Shown: positions 1-12,960, numbered from the whole stretch's first letter. The stretch: 63,257 nucleotides of DNA, filler included, from Squatina squatina (GCA_031763465.1; 3 parts of 3 records of this genome joined end to end with filler, not necessarily neighbours in it), one strand, 5' to 3'. Numbers and translations are program-made. The notes: generated from the letters alone by a model not told the origin.

Positions 1-142
1 GAAGCAGCATTTTTGTTTGATGTGCAGCAGGTACACAGTTGATGCTTTCTCTATCTGAGAGCTGTTTGTACTAATAATTTGTGAAAGTGATTGCAACTGG
101 CATTCTGAAAACCTTTTTGTTCCGAATGGTGCTACAAATCAG

Positions 143-349
143 ATGGCAGAGCTGAGATCCCACAACCAGCAGCTCGATGCAGAGAACGAAGATCTTTGCC
201 ACAAAAACTCAAAGAATCAAGATGATGTACTGGAACTGAAGCAGCGGTTAGCTGAGCTAATTCGCCAGAAGGAGAAAAAGGCAGGGAATTTGCAGAAAGA
301 ATGGGAACAAGAAAAAATTCATATAATGCAAGAAATTGAAAATGGCCAA
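143..349 (+). CDS. Internal coding exon of a ninein-family centrosomal coiled-coil gene (NINL or NIN)
   Basis: AG acceptor at 141-142 and GTAAGG donor at 350; 207 nt, phase 0/0. Translation ELRSHNQQLDAENEDLCHKNSKNQDDVLELKQRLAELIRQKEK resembles recalled ninein ELKIKNQQLDLENTELSQKNSQNQEKLQELNQRLTEMLCQKEK. Paralog not resolved. Confidence 0.75.
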
Positions 350-2165
350 GTAAGGGTAAATTAGTCACTTTTATATTGTCTGCTATTTCTGTAATGTCCT
401 TTTATATAAAAAAAGTAAAGGAAACTTACTGGGCAGGATCTTTTTTTCCTTCTAAATTCATTTCTTTATAGGTATTCCTCTGGCTTGTGCCTTATAAATA
501 TTTTGTCTGTAGAGTAGACTAATGGTCCACATTTGTCTGGTCAGGTGAAATATTATTTACTATTTTAACTTTTATCTCCTGCTTCAACTATTATCATTTA
601 TTCAACAAGAATTCTTCAAAAATGTACTGGTTTTATTTATCAAATATTCAATTCATGTCCACTAAGTCTNNNNNNNNNNTGGTGAAGTTCTAGCTGGGTT
701 GATAAAAACCCCTCAACCAAAATGGGACTGAGCTCATGTATAAAAAGCCTTTGGTGAAATTGGTAAAGTCAAGTCCCATATAGAAGCCTGTACCAGATTT
801 TGCAGCTGCTTGGTTTGTTTTGGCCCCATTCATTCGCCAGGATTGATATTATACAACAGAAGACTATTTGGACAGCCAAACCTCTTAAAAGAAATCTGTC
901 TATATACTGCAGCTTGTTCTGATTCATGGAGAGCTACGTAGATATTAATATTGGGAGAAACCTGTTGACAGTAAATTAGCAGATAATAGAAAACAAAAAT
1001 TAAAACATTGTAGTCAAATGTACAATTGTCACAGGATGGAACACAGCCGATGAAGACCCTTGTCTGTTTTCAACGACAGTGTGTTTGTTTGCGGAAAAAA
1101 GTAGAATATTTAAATTAACTATTTTAAGCCTTTAAGAAAATGGCTTGCTTTTGTTTCCACTTTCAAAATTCTTATGATAAAAGGTTGCATTTCTTTCCTT
1201 CAAAGCTTCTTCCAAAGCATCATGCAACTTTAAATTTAAAACAAAACTTTGTTCAGTGCAAAATTGTTCAGGCTACAAATTTTTAGAATCCATTTTATGT
1301 TTGTCATCTTTGAATAAATTTATAAAAACTCACTGCATTTTGTCAAATGTTATTTGTATATGATGGAAGATACTGCATAATGGGAACGACCAATGTAATC
1401 CTGTTAGAGGTGCAATTTGTGTGGGCTTAACAAAACGGATAGTGGTATAATTGGGAGCCATGGTGATTAACTAAGAATTGGAAGCATTTGTTTGTGATAA
1501 TTTTGGCTCATTTTGCTAAGTTTGATCTAAGTGCGGTGTGACTTTTGAATTGCCGAACCTTTTATGTTTTATAAATTGGGGTAATTGTGTGCGTTTTATT
1601 CTTTCACATTTGTTTCATAAAATAAGACCAATGTTGTGCCGGTATATGTGCGTGACACACACTACAGCATTGTCTGTGTCTGTGTAAAGTCCTGCCAGTT
1701 GTAATTCTGGAGCCTTTCCTAGCAGGTTGCCTTGCATAATTTTTCACAATTGCTAAGTCCACCAAATCCTTTTCTTTGTTTCTCAGCATATGTGGGAGGC
1801 CGGGTAAGGTATGCATACACTTTNNNNNNNNNNNNNNNNNNNNNNNNNNNNNNNNNNNNNNNNNNNNNNNNNNNNNNNNNNNNNNNNNNNNNNNNNNNNN
1901 NNNNNNNNNNNNNNNNNNNNNNNGGTTGACATGCAGACATTTCCTTGACCATTATCCACACTACTTCCTGGTTAACCAGCAGGTGGAGTAATTCAAATTA
2001 ATTCAGACAGTGTCATGTGATGCTCCATTTCGCAGCTTGACTCAGAATGTAGCCTTGGAATATAAATTCTCAAGCCATTAATTGGGAGTCATACATACCA
2101 GCTAATTGATCTTTGAGACTGTAATAGTTACTAATATTGTATTGTGGTCTAATTTTTAGAAAATT

Positions 2166-2400
2166 ATGAGGAACAGTCAACTCTACTGCCAGACTCCACC
2201 TTCAATTACTGTCCACATGAAACCTGTAGGATCACGGTCAAACCAGCAAAGGAAAGGGACAAAGTTGAAGCAACTATGTGTACAGAAAGCTCAGAAAATG
2301 CATGGAAAGAATACTAATGTCATTTCAAAGCCCAAACATACTAGGGGGCCTTGTCTCATTATTCAGCGCCAAGAAATGGCAGCTTTCTTCAAACTATTCG
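2166..2400 (+). CDS. SPDYA: Speedy protein A, first coding exon
   Basis: ATG start; MRNSQLYCQTPPSITVH...GPCLIIQRQEMAAFFKLF matches the SPDYA N-terminus. GTATGT donor at 2401, phase 1. Confidence 0.93.
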
Positions 2401-2535
2401 GTATGTACTGTAGGACAAGAGGGGAAAAAATTGTACTATAGGGAGGAATGTAATATGAAAAATATTTCCATCAGTAGGCTGGTCGGATAGTTTGAAAAGG
2501 TGGTGCTTCAAGGGTCGCCATAAGTTAAACACTTT

Positions 2536-4402
2536 GGGGTAGATTTTCTGCTTTGGGCACAATTGGCAAGCCAGGTACAAGTTGCGCTCAAAATTGTGCC
2601 AGTTTTCTGAATGATTTTTTGAACAGGTTTCTGCTCAAACTCATTTGCATATCACCCAGTGTAAATGAGCTAGCGCAGTCAGGCATAGTTTTAGGGTGTA
2701 ATTTTTTTTTCTGGCATTAAAAATATTCTTTGATATATAAGAGTGGTAACCTGGTGCAGTTTTATCAATACAGCTGAAAATGGGTTTGTCACAAAAAATA
2801 AGCATTTTTAATAAGTGTGTGTAATCCACAACCTGTGAGCAATCCGATTTTAAATAACTGAAAGGGCCTTCGTGAGACCACACCTGGAGTACTGTGTACA
2901 GTTTTGGTCTCCTTGCCTAAGGAAGGTTATATTTGTCTTAGAGGAGGTGTGAAGAAGCTTCACTAGACTGATTCCTGGGATGAGAGGGTTGTCCTGTGAG
3001 AAGAGATTGAGTAGAATGGACCTTTCCTGTCTGGAGTTTAGATGAATGAGAGGTGATCTCACTGAAGTATAAAATTCTTTGAGGGCTTGACAGGGTANNN
3101 NNNNNNNNNNNNNNNNNNNNNNNNNNNNNNNNNNNNNNNNNNNNNNNNNNNNNNNNNNNNNNNNNNNNNNNNNNNNNNNNNNNNNNNNNNNNNNNNNNNN
3201 NNNNNNNNNNNNNNNNNNNNNNNNNNNNNNNNNNNNNNNNNNNNNNNNNNNNNNNNNNNNNNNNNNNNNNNNNNNNNNNNNNNNNNNNNNNNNNNNNNNN
3301 NNNNNNNNNNNNNNNNNNNNNNNNNNNNNNNNNNNNNNNNNNNNNNNNNNNNNNNNNNNNNNNNNNNNNNNNNNNNNNNNNNNNNNNNNNNNNNNNNNNN
3401 NNNNNNNNNNNNNNNNNNNNNNNNNNNNNNNNNNNNNNNNNNNNNNNNNNNNNNNNNNNNNNNNNNNNNNNNNNNNNNNNNNNNNNNNNNNNNNNNNNNN
3501 NNNNNNNNNNNNNNNNNNNNNNNNNNNNNNNNNNNNNNNNNNNNNNNNNNNNNNNNNNNNNNNNNNNNNNNNNNNNNNNNNNNNNNNNNNNNNNNNNNNN
3601 NNNNNNNNNNNNNNNNNNNNNNNNNNNNNNNNNNNNNNNNNNNNNNNNNNNNNNNNNNNNNNNNNNNNNNNNNNNNNNNNNNNNNNNNNNNNNNNNNNNN
3701 NNNNNNNNNNNNNNNNNNNNNNNNNNNNNNNNNNNNNNNNNNNNNNNNNNNNNNNNNNNNNNNNNNNNNNNNNNNNNNNNNNNNNNNNNNNNNNNNNNNN
3801 NNNNNNNNNNNNNNNNNNNNNNNNNNNNNNNNNNNNNNNNNNNNNNNNNNNNNNNNNNNNNNNNNNNNNNNNNNNNNNNNNNNNNNNNNNNNNNNNNNNN
3901 NNNNNNNNNNNNNNNNNNNNNNNNNNNNNNNNNAGCCCTGATCTTGTTGAATGGCAGAGCAGGCTCAAGGGGCCGAATGGTCTACTTTTGCTCCTATTTC
4001 TTATGTTCTTAAAATGACTTTTAAAAAAACCATATAGAACCATTTACTAGTTTCATTGATATACAGTAGTCAGTTTCTTAGTAAGGTAAACATTCTTTAA
4101 TATTTAAAAGCTTTTAAAAAGTACCTATTCGTGTCCTTGCGCCTAAAAACAGCTTAATATTAAGAGCCTCATCGAAGTCCTGTAAACTGATGCAGTTAGC
4201 GGAAGCTTGCCATGCTGATTCATTTGACCTGAGGTGTGGCCAGTTTTATGGGTGGGGCTCGCTCCAGCATGATGTTTTTAAAACTAGCACAAAAGATCAC
4301 TGGCGCTTGCGCTTAAAATTCCTCGAACTTTTGCACTGGTTTGGCTAATTTTGGGCAAATTATGCTGGAAAAACCAGCGCAACCTAGCAGAAACTCTACC
4401 CC
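2536..4402. mobile_element. Non-autonomous DNA transposon (Harbinger-like) in a SPDYA intron, with a nested CR1
   Basis: Terminal inverted repeats GGGGTAGATTTTCTGCT (2536) and AGCAGAAACTCTACCCC (ends 4402), one mismatch; TTT on both flanks. Spans an N gap. Confidence 0.55.
2861..4010 (+). mobile_element. CR1-clade LINE 3' fragment (gap inside)
   Basis: [16 protein letters not shown] and RGDL-type motifs of the CR1 ORF2 C-terminus; 3' tail GGGCCGAATGG...TTCTTATGTTCTTA. Confidence 0.85.
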
Positions 4403-5138
4403 TTTGTGTTGTGTGCGATTGCCATGTTTGAGACACACAATTGTCATGTTATGAGAACTGGGGCTCATGTCTTTCTAGTGGAGATTGACTCCACAGTTTC
4501 AAATAACTTCAAGGAGTTCATCTAAAAATGAATAGGGATAATTACACCCCCAAAGTATTTTTTATTGTTGTGGAGCTGGTTTAAAGTTTCTACTTGGCGT
4601 TGCACAGAGTCACAGATAATGTTGTTTGTGTCTTTGGCCTGGACCATCCTGGATTGCAGCGATTTGAATAGATGGTGAATGATTTGGAAGCAGCAAGGGC
4701 ATCAAAGACAGAGGCGGAGGAACAGTTATGCAGGACACTAAAGTCTGTCCAATTAAATTATTTGATTTATTTAACCATTTTATTAAAAATTAACAATTGA
4801 ATAAGTGTATCACTCCTCCTATTCAGGTAGGGCTGGCATTTGAATGTAGTTGGACTAAGAATTAAAACTGTATATCTGTCCAACAGAATTTTACAGCCAG
4901 CAAATGTTATAATGACAGATGTGACAAGTTATGTACCACAGCTTACATAAACTGTCTTAAACTGTCAGGGAGGCTACTGGAGGGAATCAACACCAGCTGG
5001 TTTGACAAATCGATTCCCCAATGCTTTTAAATATATATGCAACAATGTTTTTAAAAACATTTACTCTTTAATATATTCGGTATATTAAAATTCTATTTGC
5101 AGTGCTAAGATTTATTTTTAGCTTTTGGTGCTTCACAG

Positions 5139-5197
5139 ATGATGACTTAATACAAGACTTCCTGTGGATGGACTGCTGCTGTAAGGTCTCTGACAAG
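5139..5197 (+). CDS. SPDYA: Speedy protein A exon (DDDLIQDFLWMDCCCKVSDK)
   Basis: cacAG acceptor and GTATAT donor; 59 nt; phase fits the preceding exon; start of the Speedy/RINGO box. Confidence 0.93.
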
Positions 5198-5358
5198 GTA
5201 TATATACTTTATCAAACCTCATCAGTCCTATCTCAAATTTGAAATAAGAATCATAAGGNNNNNNNNNNNNNNNNNNNNNNNNNNNNNNNNNNNNNNNNNN
5301 NNNNNNNNNNNNNNNNNNNNNNNNNNNNNNNNNNNNNNNNNNNNNNNNNNNNNNNNNN

Positions 5359-5475
5359 CCATGGGCTCTTGGAAAGAAGTGGAAGAAATTATTTCCAGAT
5401 TTCTTAAAGCAGAGAGATCAGCTTTGGGCAAAAATCAGTTATAGGGCAGCAGTGAGCAAACGCTGTTGTGAGGAG
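5359..5475 (+). CDS. SPDYA: Speedy protein A exon, 5' end in gap ([39 protein letters not shown])
   Basis: Speedy/RINGO box sequence; GTAAG donor at 5476. Confidence 0.93.
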
Positions 5476-5614
5476 GTAAGAATGAGCATATATTAATAGT
5501 CTATCACTTCAGTATAAACATTGGCCTTTTGCATAGACACACATATAATCTGACCTGGGTTGATATTCTTTCTACTGTTTGCTTTCTCATAAAATGCCTT
5601 ATATCTCAGCTGAA

Positions 5615-5895
5615 AACATAAGAGTGGGTAGATCAGTAAGACATCCAGCCTCTCGAGCCTGTTCCGCCATTGATGTGTATATCAACTCCATTTAACTGCC
5701 TTGGTTCCGTATTCCTTAATACCCCTATCTAACAAAAATCTAGCAATCTTAGTTTTGAAATTTCCAGCAGTTTTTTAGGAGAGAATTCCAGATTTCCACA
5801 AACCTTGGTGTGAAGAAGTGCTTCCTGTCATCACCCCTGGACAGCCTGGCTCTGATTTTTAGGGTTATGCCCCCTTGTTCTGGACTCCCCCACCA
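5615..5895 (-). mobile_element. CR1 LINE 3' end
   Basis: Minus-strand translation RKHFFTPRFVEIWNSL; typical 3' UTR. Confidence 0.8.
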
Positions 5896-6102
5896 NNNNN
5901 NNNNNNNNNNNNNNNNNNNNNNNNNNNNNNNNNNNNNNNNNNNNNNNNNNNNNNNNNNNNNNNNNNNNNNNNNNNNNNNNNNNNNNNNNNNNNNNCAAGG
6001 ACAGATAGTTGGAGGAGAAATTTTAGATATGGTGTAGCTCACTGATTTCTGGACCTCAATCATGTCTGTAAAGCTGTATGTAAAACAATTTTGTTTTGAT
6101 AG

Positions 6103-6388
6103 GTTATGGCAATTGCTCCGACTCATTATATTTGGCAAAGAGGAAGACCACTGCATCACAGTGGTGCCATCAGAAGATACACACGAAATGAAGTCAAAAT
6201 ACCTCGGGGTCCATGTGAGACACCAGTTCATTGTTCACTCTGTGGCCAGAAAGAGGGTTTCCTCAGCATGCATATATCATCTTCCTCCTCTTGTGAAAGT
6301 CTGATAATAACTAAGAAAGACTTTTATCGGGGTAATCTTGAGCAGCACTTGGATGACATGGAGCCTAGTTCCTGCTATTCCTCAGCTG
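6103..6388 (+). CDS. SPDYA: Speedy protein A exon (VMAIAPTHYIWQRGRPLHHSGA...PRGPCETPVHCSLCG...)
   Basis: gatAG acceptor and GTAAGG donor at 6389; matches the SPDYA C-terminal region. Confidence 0.92.
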
Positions 6389-6660
6389 GTAAGGAGCCTC
6401 CTCTAACATGGAGAATTTTTCATGTACTCATCAAAATGAGGGATAGAATCATAGAAACATCAGCACAAAAGGAAACATTCAGTCGATAACACTTCTGCCA
6501 GTGCTAGCTCCACATCAACAACAGCAACGTGCTTTTACATAGTGCCTNNNNNNNNNNNNNNNNNNNNNNNNNNNNNNNNNNNNNNNNNNNNNNNNNNNNN
6601 NNNNNNNNNNNNNNNNNNNNNNNNNNNNNNNNNNNNNNNNNNNNNNNATCTGTGGGAGAT

Positions 6661-6910
6661 GCAACAACAACTTGCATTTAGGTAGCGCCTTTAACATAAT
6701 AAATCATCCCAAAGCGCTTCACAGGAGCGATATCAAACCAAATTTGACACCGAACCACATAAGGAGATATTAGGACAGGTAACCAAAAACTTCGACAAAG
6801 AGGTAGGTTTTAAGGAGCGTCTTAAAGGGGAGAGAGGTAGAGAGTGGAGGAATCCCAGCCCTTAGGGCCTAGGTAGCTGAAGACATGGCCACCAAAGGTG
6901 GAGCGATGTG
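6661..6910 (-). mobile_element. L2-like LINE 3' end; related copies near 10626-10756, 19334-19485 and 26180-26310
   Basis: Recurrent block CAACAACAACTTGCATTTA...GCGCCTTTAAC...GATATTAGGACAGGT...AAAGAGGTAGGTTTTAAGGAGCGTC seen several times in the window. Clade assignment is inferred. Confidence 0.6.
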
Positions 6911-7232
6911 TGGAAGCACCAAACAAGTGCAGCAACTGAGCTAAAGGAACGAAATACTTGAAGGAGAAAACATTGCAGGGATATGGCGTAAGAGCGTGGC
7001 AATGGGACTAAGTGGATTGCTCTTCAAAAGAGCTAACTCAATGGGCTGAATGGTCTCCTTTTGTGCTGCACTATTCTATGATTCTATAAAACAATGTGCT
7101 GGGAATATTGGAAGACTTGCGTTCTGGACGTTTGCAAATTCAAAACCTTTGGACTGAAGGCAGGGCAAAGGTGATATATTCAGATCCATAACATAATGGG
7201 CAGAGTATTGATAAAAGCAACAGGTTACTTAC

Positions 7233-7423
7233 AGCATCAAACATCTTTCCCTGGATATCGTCAGCAGCATATGCAATATCTTTATTAATGAACTCAACGT
7301 TATTTGGCCACTCTTTTTCACGGGCCATTTCCCAGGCATTCCGCCAGCGCTGGTAATTTCTTTTAGCATTGCGGTGGTGATCTTGTCTTACCTCAAAACT
7401 ATACACTTTCCCAGAAGATCCCA
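7233..7423 (-). CDS. TRMT61B: Mitochondrial tRNA m1A58 methyltransferase, internal exon
   Basis: GSSGKVYSFEVRQDHHRNAKRNYQRWRNAW...WPNNVEFINKDI...FDA matches the GCD14-type SAM domain of TRMT61B. cacAG acceptor and GTAAGT donor. Sits convergent with SPDYA, as in other vertebrates. Confidence 0.9.
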
Positions 7424-9123
7424 CTGTGGAGGGAAAGAAAGCAAATTGAATTAAGTGTGAAAATACACATACACCCACACTCTTAATCACATCATTTTCT
7501 TCGTGACTGTCCGCCTCTCTCCGGTGAAAGTGTTGACTCACACTGGGTTTGAAGGAGCTCAGCAGCCCTCTGGTACCTCGCCCAGTTGGCCATCCTTCAT
7601 GTTTGAGCCCAAACAGTGTCGGCTGGTGATTTTGCCATCGAGGCCGGTTGACCCCAATCCTGTCCTTAACCAACATGCAATGTTTCGCAGAGTCACTGGA
7701 AGATGGCGAAAAATGGGAATCCCTGGCTGATTTTTTCTCTGGTCTCACCTACGGNNNNNNNNNNNNNNNNNNNNNNNNNNNNNNNNNNNNNNNNNNNNNN
7801 NNNNNNNNNNNNNNNNNNNNNNNNNNNNNNNNNNNNNNNNNNNNNNNNNNNNNNGCTGCGAATGTTATGTGGTAATAGACTGAGAGCAACGATGTGAGTC
7901 TTTTCAAACAGTCAAGTGCACCCAGTGGGCTTGAGCGTTTAGATTTTGTTTGATTTGGTGCTTTTTGTTGCTTGTTTTTGCATCATTTATTGGCATTAGT
8001 TGTTTCCTGAAGACCCTTAACTCCTGCCGGTTACCTTCGTTTCATTTGATCATTTTTTTGAATTGATTGAAGCTAGACTAGTATTAAAATAAACAGCTGA
8101 CAGGAAGTGTGCGCTTTACCAGAAGGCAATAACAACTTAATTTACAGAAGAGTGATATTCTAATGTGTACCCCGTGGTTCTGTTTTTTCATTAATTAATT
8201 CTGTCTCAAGGCACTCGACAGATGCATACGCATGTCCTTTTAGGTGCCTTTTTTAATGCTGCAATAACCAAGAGCTGGGAGATATTAAGCTACTAAAGCA
8301 TTTGTTTTGTTATAATCTTCGAATATTATTTTAAAATCACGTGTCGAGCTTCAGTGTTCTTTCAAAATTTGCCATTTAAAACCTTTAAATTTACCTTCTT
8401 GACTTGATCCCAGATAGTTTTTTTAATTGAATGTTTATTCAAAAAAATCAAAAGGTGGCTTTGCTCCTTGGGCATAAAGCATGGGTAATCTGTGGAGAGG
8501 CACTATTTCCTTGACTGCAAACACAGGACAGCAGGGCCACAAATGAAGAGGGGGCGTGAACTGCAAGTGGTTTGTGGTCATATGAGAACCACTGGATGCA
8601 GGAATGAGACAAATGCATCATTTTCCTGCAAATTTGGTTGGTAGTGTGACTTCACATCTTTTTGACTTGGATGAAAGTGGTACCAACTGAGTCAAACTAA
8701 CGCTTAATAGGCTTGCTGCATTTTGTCTTGATACCTTAATGCTGATAGATGTATATCCCAAAAGGATTTGAATGTTTCAGGGGAGGAAGTGGGAGAAAAT
8801 GGGAGTAGCCAATGTTTGTACGTTTGAATTAAAGAAATATCGCTCTCTCCACCCTTTGGTTCTTCCCCACCCAAAAGGTGGCAGATACGCTGGTAGTTAC
8901 TATAGATCCTTTAGCTGGCAGGCCACAGTTCTTCAGTCTTCAAATTTTCATCTGAGGACTAGAAACTCTTTCCAAAATGACTGGAGGATTATAATGACTA
9001 AAGGCTGGACTTTGGTTGGGAAGCTTGGACTATAATCTTGCCATTAAATAGATCTTTTGAACAGTGTACATGAAATGACCAGGTGAAGGAGTATTGAGTT
9101 TTTTTTCTCTTCCTCCTTTCCAG

Positions 9124-9258
9124 GAAGTTCCTCAGACAAAAAAGAGGAGATCAGAAAATGCGAAAGCTGTTGAAGAATTGGATCTATTGGCTATCGGTAC
9201 AGCAGTTGGAAGCATCTTGTTATACAGCATAGTAAAGGGAGAACTACAGAGCAAGCTG
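9124..9258 (+). CDS. WDR43: WD repeat protein 43 (UTP5) exon ([11 protein letters not shown]...[26 protein letters not shown])
   Basis: Polypyrimidine tract plus CAG acceptor; GTAAG donor; 135 nt; strong match to WDR43. Confidence 0.92.
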
Positions 9259-10488
9259 GTAAGATATTGGTTGGTGGGTGAAATAGTTGGGTTTTCTGAA
9301 TGATGTGGGCAAATGTATCACCAAGAATGTTTCCTTTCTTGAAGGAGATGAATGAACGTGTGTGTGTGTGTTGTAGTTTGACTTTAATTCCATAGGATGC
9401 CATTTATCAGAATATGTTGCGTTGAACTGCCTAGACTTAAATGCATGTATAATTTTATTCTATACAAATCAGTTCTGTGTTGAGTTAATGACATTTAATA
9501 CAACATGACACTGTAGGTTACTGCAGTAATGAACTTGTATGATCATTTACCTGAAGAATTTATTTATTTTCAGCAAGCATGTTTTCAGAATACTGCAGTC
9601 AAACACTATATAAATGTGTTCAACTTTTATTTCCATAACCGGCTTAGGACATGCCCATCCAATTCTATCTATATTGTCCAGAAGACTAAACTAATATTAA
9701 GGAAAACACTGTGCGCACAACCAGCTGAACTTGACTTTCTTAAGCTCTGGAAGTTAATATATCTGGTGTTCTTGAAATTTTGTTAAAGGATACCTGGTCC
9801 AAGTCTCAGGGACAGGTAGCAATAAACATGACGTGATGTTTTCCCCCCACCAAATTTTACGACTCCTGCAGGATATTTTGTTTCCTAAATTAAACAATAT
9901 TATTGCCCCTTGTGTAGCCCCACATTTCCACTGGGAACACCAATGCAGGTGTACAACAGGGGCGCCCAACCGGTGACCGAGCGCAAGCGCAAAATGAGCG
10001 CTAAACGGGCGCTAGGGGTCTAACCCCCGTTTTTGGTGTTAAGGGGCTCCATTGAAGACTTGGCATTGGGCCAGTGCAGGTGCTAGATGGCCGCCCGACA
10101 AGGAATTCGCCTCCGTTTNNNNNNNNNNNNNNNNNNNNNNNNNNNNNNNNNNNNNNNNNNNNNNNNNNNNNNNNNNNNNNNNNNNNNNNNNNNNNNNNNN
10201 NNNNNNNNNNNNNNNNNNCCAGCCTATTTTGTTGGCTTGGGTGACATCTTAGTTTGCATGGTGGGAGCTGAAGAAGTTGTGCTGGCAATCCAGCTATTGT
10301 TTTTCTGTTAACCAAGACATCATTGGCTGTGGATCAACTGGCGTAGACCTGTCATTGCCAACTGACTGTGCTCCAAAATCATTTGTTAAACATTAATTGT
10401 TTTTTGAAATTTGAGATGCCACAAGGTGCCAACAGCTGAAAATGTTGGCAATTTTAACATGGCTTTTTCTTTAACCGTCCACCTCCAG

Positions 10489-10575
10489 AAAGTACTGCAG
10501 ACAAAGAAGGATTCCTTGATAAAGACCACCATTGCCAAGTTACCTGTTCCTGCAGTAGTTCCACTGCTTCAAGAG
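10489..10575 (+). CDS. WDR43: WDR43 exon, Utp12/Dip2 domain (KVLQTKKDSLIKTTIAKLPVPAVVPLLQE)
   Basis: ccAG acceptor and GTAAGG donor; 87 nt in frame; resembles recalled [29 protein letters not shown]. Confidence 0.88.
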
Positions 10576-12227
10576 GTAAGGTTTCTGTAGTAAAACAGAA
10601 GTTTAGAAAAATGCATAAACAGGCAACAAGAACAACTTGTATTTGTATAGCGCCTTTAACGTACTAAAATGCCCCAAGGCACTTCACAGGAGCATGATCT
10701 GAGCCAGATAAATATTAGGACAGGTGACCAAAAGCTTGGTCAAAGCTGTAGGTTTTATCTTACTGTTGCTTGACAACTTAGAGCAACATTGAGCCTTCCA
10801 CAGACAATGAGGTCAGAGGGGGTGAAGCTTTAAAGTTCCTGGATAGTAACTCTTGAATGAAATGTTGATGACTTCCATTTGTATGCTCAAAGTACCAGAT
10901 CATATTGACTTTTCTGTGGAGTCTTGGGTGGGTCAACTCTTCCTTTGATTATGACCACCGGCTGACTTAACTTGCATGGGAAGCTTCCTGGGTTAAATAT
11001 GATTCAATTGTTCAGTTTTGGCTCCAGACAGCGGTACTTTTAAGTTTTGTTTCATTGCAAATAATTTCTGTCGCAAATTTGATTGATGGCCAGTCAGTTT
11101 GACCGTGTCAGCAATAAATAGGGCTTTGCTGTGTTGATGGTGCAATGCCGTTACCATAGTAGTTCATTTTATTGTTGAATTTTACTGCAAAATTGGGTTC
11201 CAACAAATAGGGAAAAGTTTGTAATTCTATTGTATATGGATTCTAGAATCTGTATAGAGAGAACAATTTAAAATTTCATTTGCCTTTTTCCCATTTAATC
11301 CATTGCTCCAAAAAATCAAATTCTACTTGTATTTCACCTTTTAGTTGAAAGCAAAGGTAAATGGGATATCAAATTCTTGGCAGCTTTTGTGCCAGTAAAA
11401 CTGGCTGGCTGTTCAATAGGTGACAGACTTGCGCAAGATACCCCCAACTATCCAGGCTGAAAACCAATTAAACCCAGGCCTTGGCTCAGCATGAATGTAT
11501 GTGGCATTACAAAGGCTGTTTCTGGTAGCCCAGGCTGATTAATATACTTAGCTGAGATGGGGACATTGGATAATGACTAATTAGAAGATTCATATTTTAT
11601 TCACAGCTTGAGGGACAGACTCCATTACAAAATCCAGCCAAAGCAGCTCCACATATATTATCTATATTACCGTAGCTCTTATGTTACTTCACACAAGGGC
11701 TACTGCAATCTGATAATATTAGTGCAGCTCTCGTCACATTGCTCATAGTGAGCCGGATATTATGCTGTTGGAAGGGGGCACTGGGGAGTGAGAGTGGGGA
11801 GGAATGGCACATGGTCAGTCCAAGGATTCGAAGAGAAGTTTGGGAGAGATGTGCTCTTCAACAGTGAAGTACCTGTTTTTGATTGGTTCCTAGTAAACTT
11901 AAAAGCTAATCAAGATTTTTTACAAAAGCAAAAGCAAAATACAGTGAATGCAGGAAATCTGAAATAAAACCAGAAAATCCAGCATTTTAAGATTTTTTTA
12001 CATGAAAGATGTATAGTTAGATAATGGATTTCCCATGGCTTTGCTAATGGACAAAATTGAAAATAAAAATGAGTATAAAAATAAAAAACATTGTTTTTTT
12101 GGTTTTGCACTCCTGGCAAGCACCCTTGCCTGTCAGAAATTTGGACAGCTCTGTACACAAATTTCCGACCTTTAAATGGTCAGAAAATGCATGCGCCGCA
12201 CCTGCCTACATGATCAATATGCACTTT

Positions 12228-12960
12228 AGGAACAGAGCAGGCCATTCAGCCCCTCGAGCCTGTTCCGCTATTCATTGAGATCATGGCTGATCTGCGACCT
12301 AACTCCACATACCCCCCTTTGGCCCATATCCCTTAATACCTTTGGTTAACAAAAAGCTATCAATCTCAGAATTGAAATTAACAATTGATCTAGCATCCAT
12401 TGCCATTTACGGAAGAGAGTTCCAAATTTCTCCCACCCTTTGTTTGTAGAAGCGTTTCCCAATTTAACTCCTGAAAGGTCTGGCTCTAATTTTTAGACTA
12501 TGCCCCCCCCTCAGTCCTACAATCACCAACCAGCGGAAACAGTTTCTCTCTATCTACCCAATCTGTTTCCCTTAATATCGTGNNNNNNNNNNNNNNNNNN
12601 NNNNNNNNNNNNNNNNNNNNNNNNNNNNNNNNNNNNNNNNNNNNNNNNNNNNNNNNNNNNNNNNNNNNNNNNNNNNNNNNNNGTACATTGTATCCCTTTA
12701 GGTATTTATCCACTTCCCTGTTGCAAGTTACTATTCAATCTGCTTCCACCACCCTTTCAGGCAGTGCATTCCAGATCTTAACAATTGGCTGCATAAAAAA
12801 ATGTCTCCATGTCTCCACTCTGCTTCTTTTGGCAATTGCCATAACCATGTGCCCTCTGGTTACCGACTCTCTCACCAGTGGAAACAGTTTCTCCTTATTT
12901 ACTTATTTACTATCTAAACCCTTCATGATTTTTTGAATGCTTCTATTAAATCTCCCCTTA
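12228..12960 (-). mobile_element. Two CR1 LINE 3' fragments separated by a gap
   Basis: GGCCATTCAGCCCCTCGAGCCTG tail; minus-strand VDREKLFPLVG motif. Confidence 0.8.

Noticed and set aside
2850-4043. Long ORFs spanning N runs (also 45739-46592 and many others)
   Set aside because: Their length comes from X residues in assembly gaps.
4672-4800. Short coiled-coil-like reading MVNDLEAARASKTEAEEQ
   Set aside because: It lies inside a SPDYA intron whose flanking exons already join in phase, and there is no good donor.
7424-7748. N-terminal part of the 202-aa ORF as TRMT61B coding sequence
   Set aside because: No similarity upstream of the acceptor at 7424; it is intronic read-through.
9259-11900. 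Intronic C/D snoRNAs (SNORD53/SNORD92) expected in WDR43
   Set aside because: No convincing box C/box D pair with the expected guide was seen; the host introns are probably missing in gaps.
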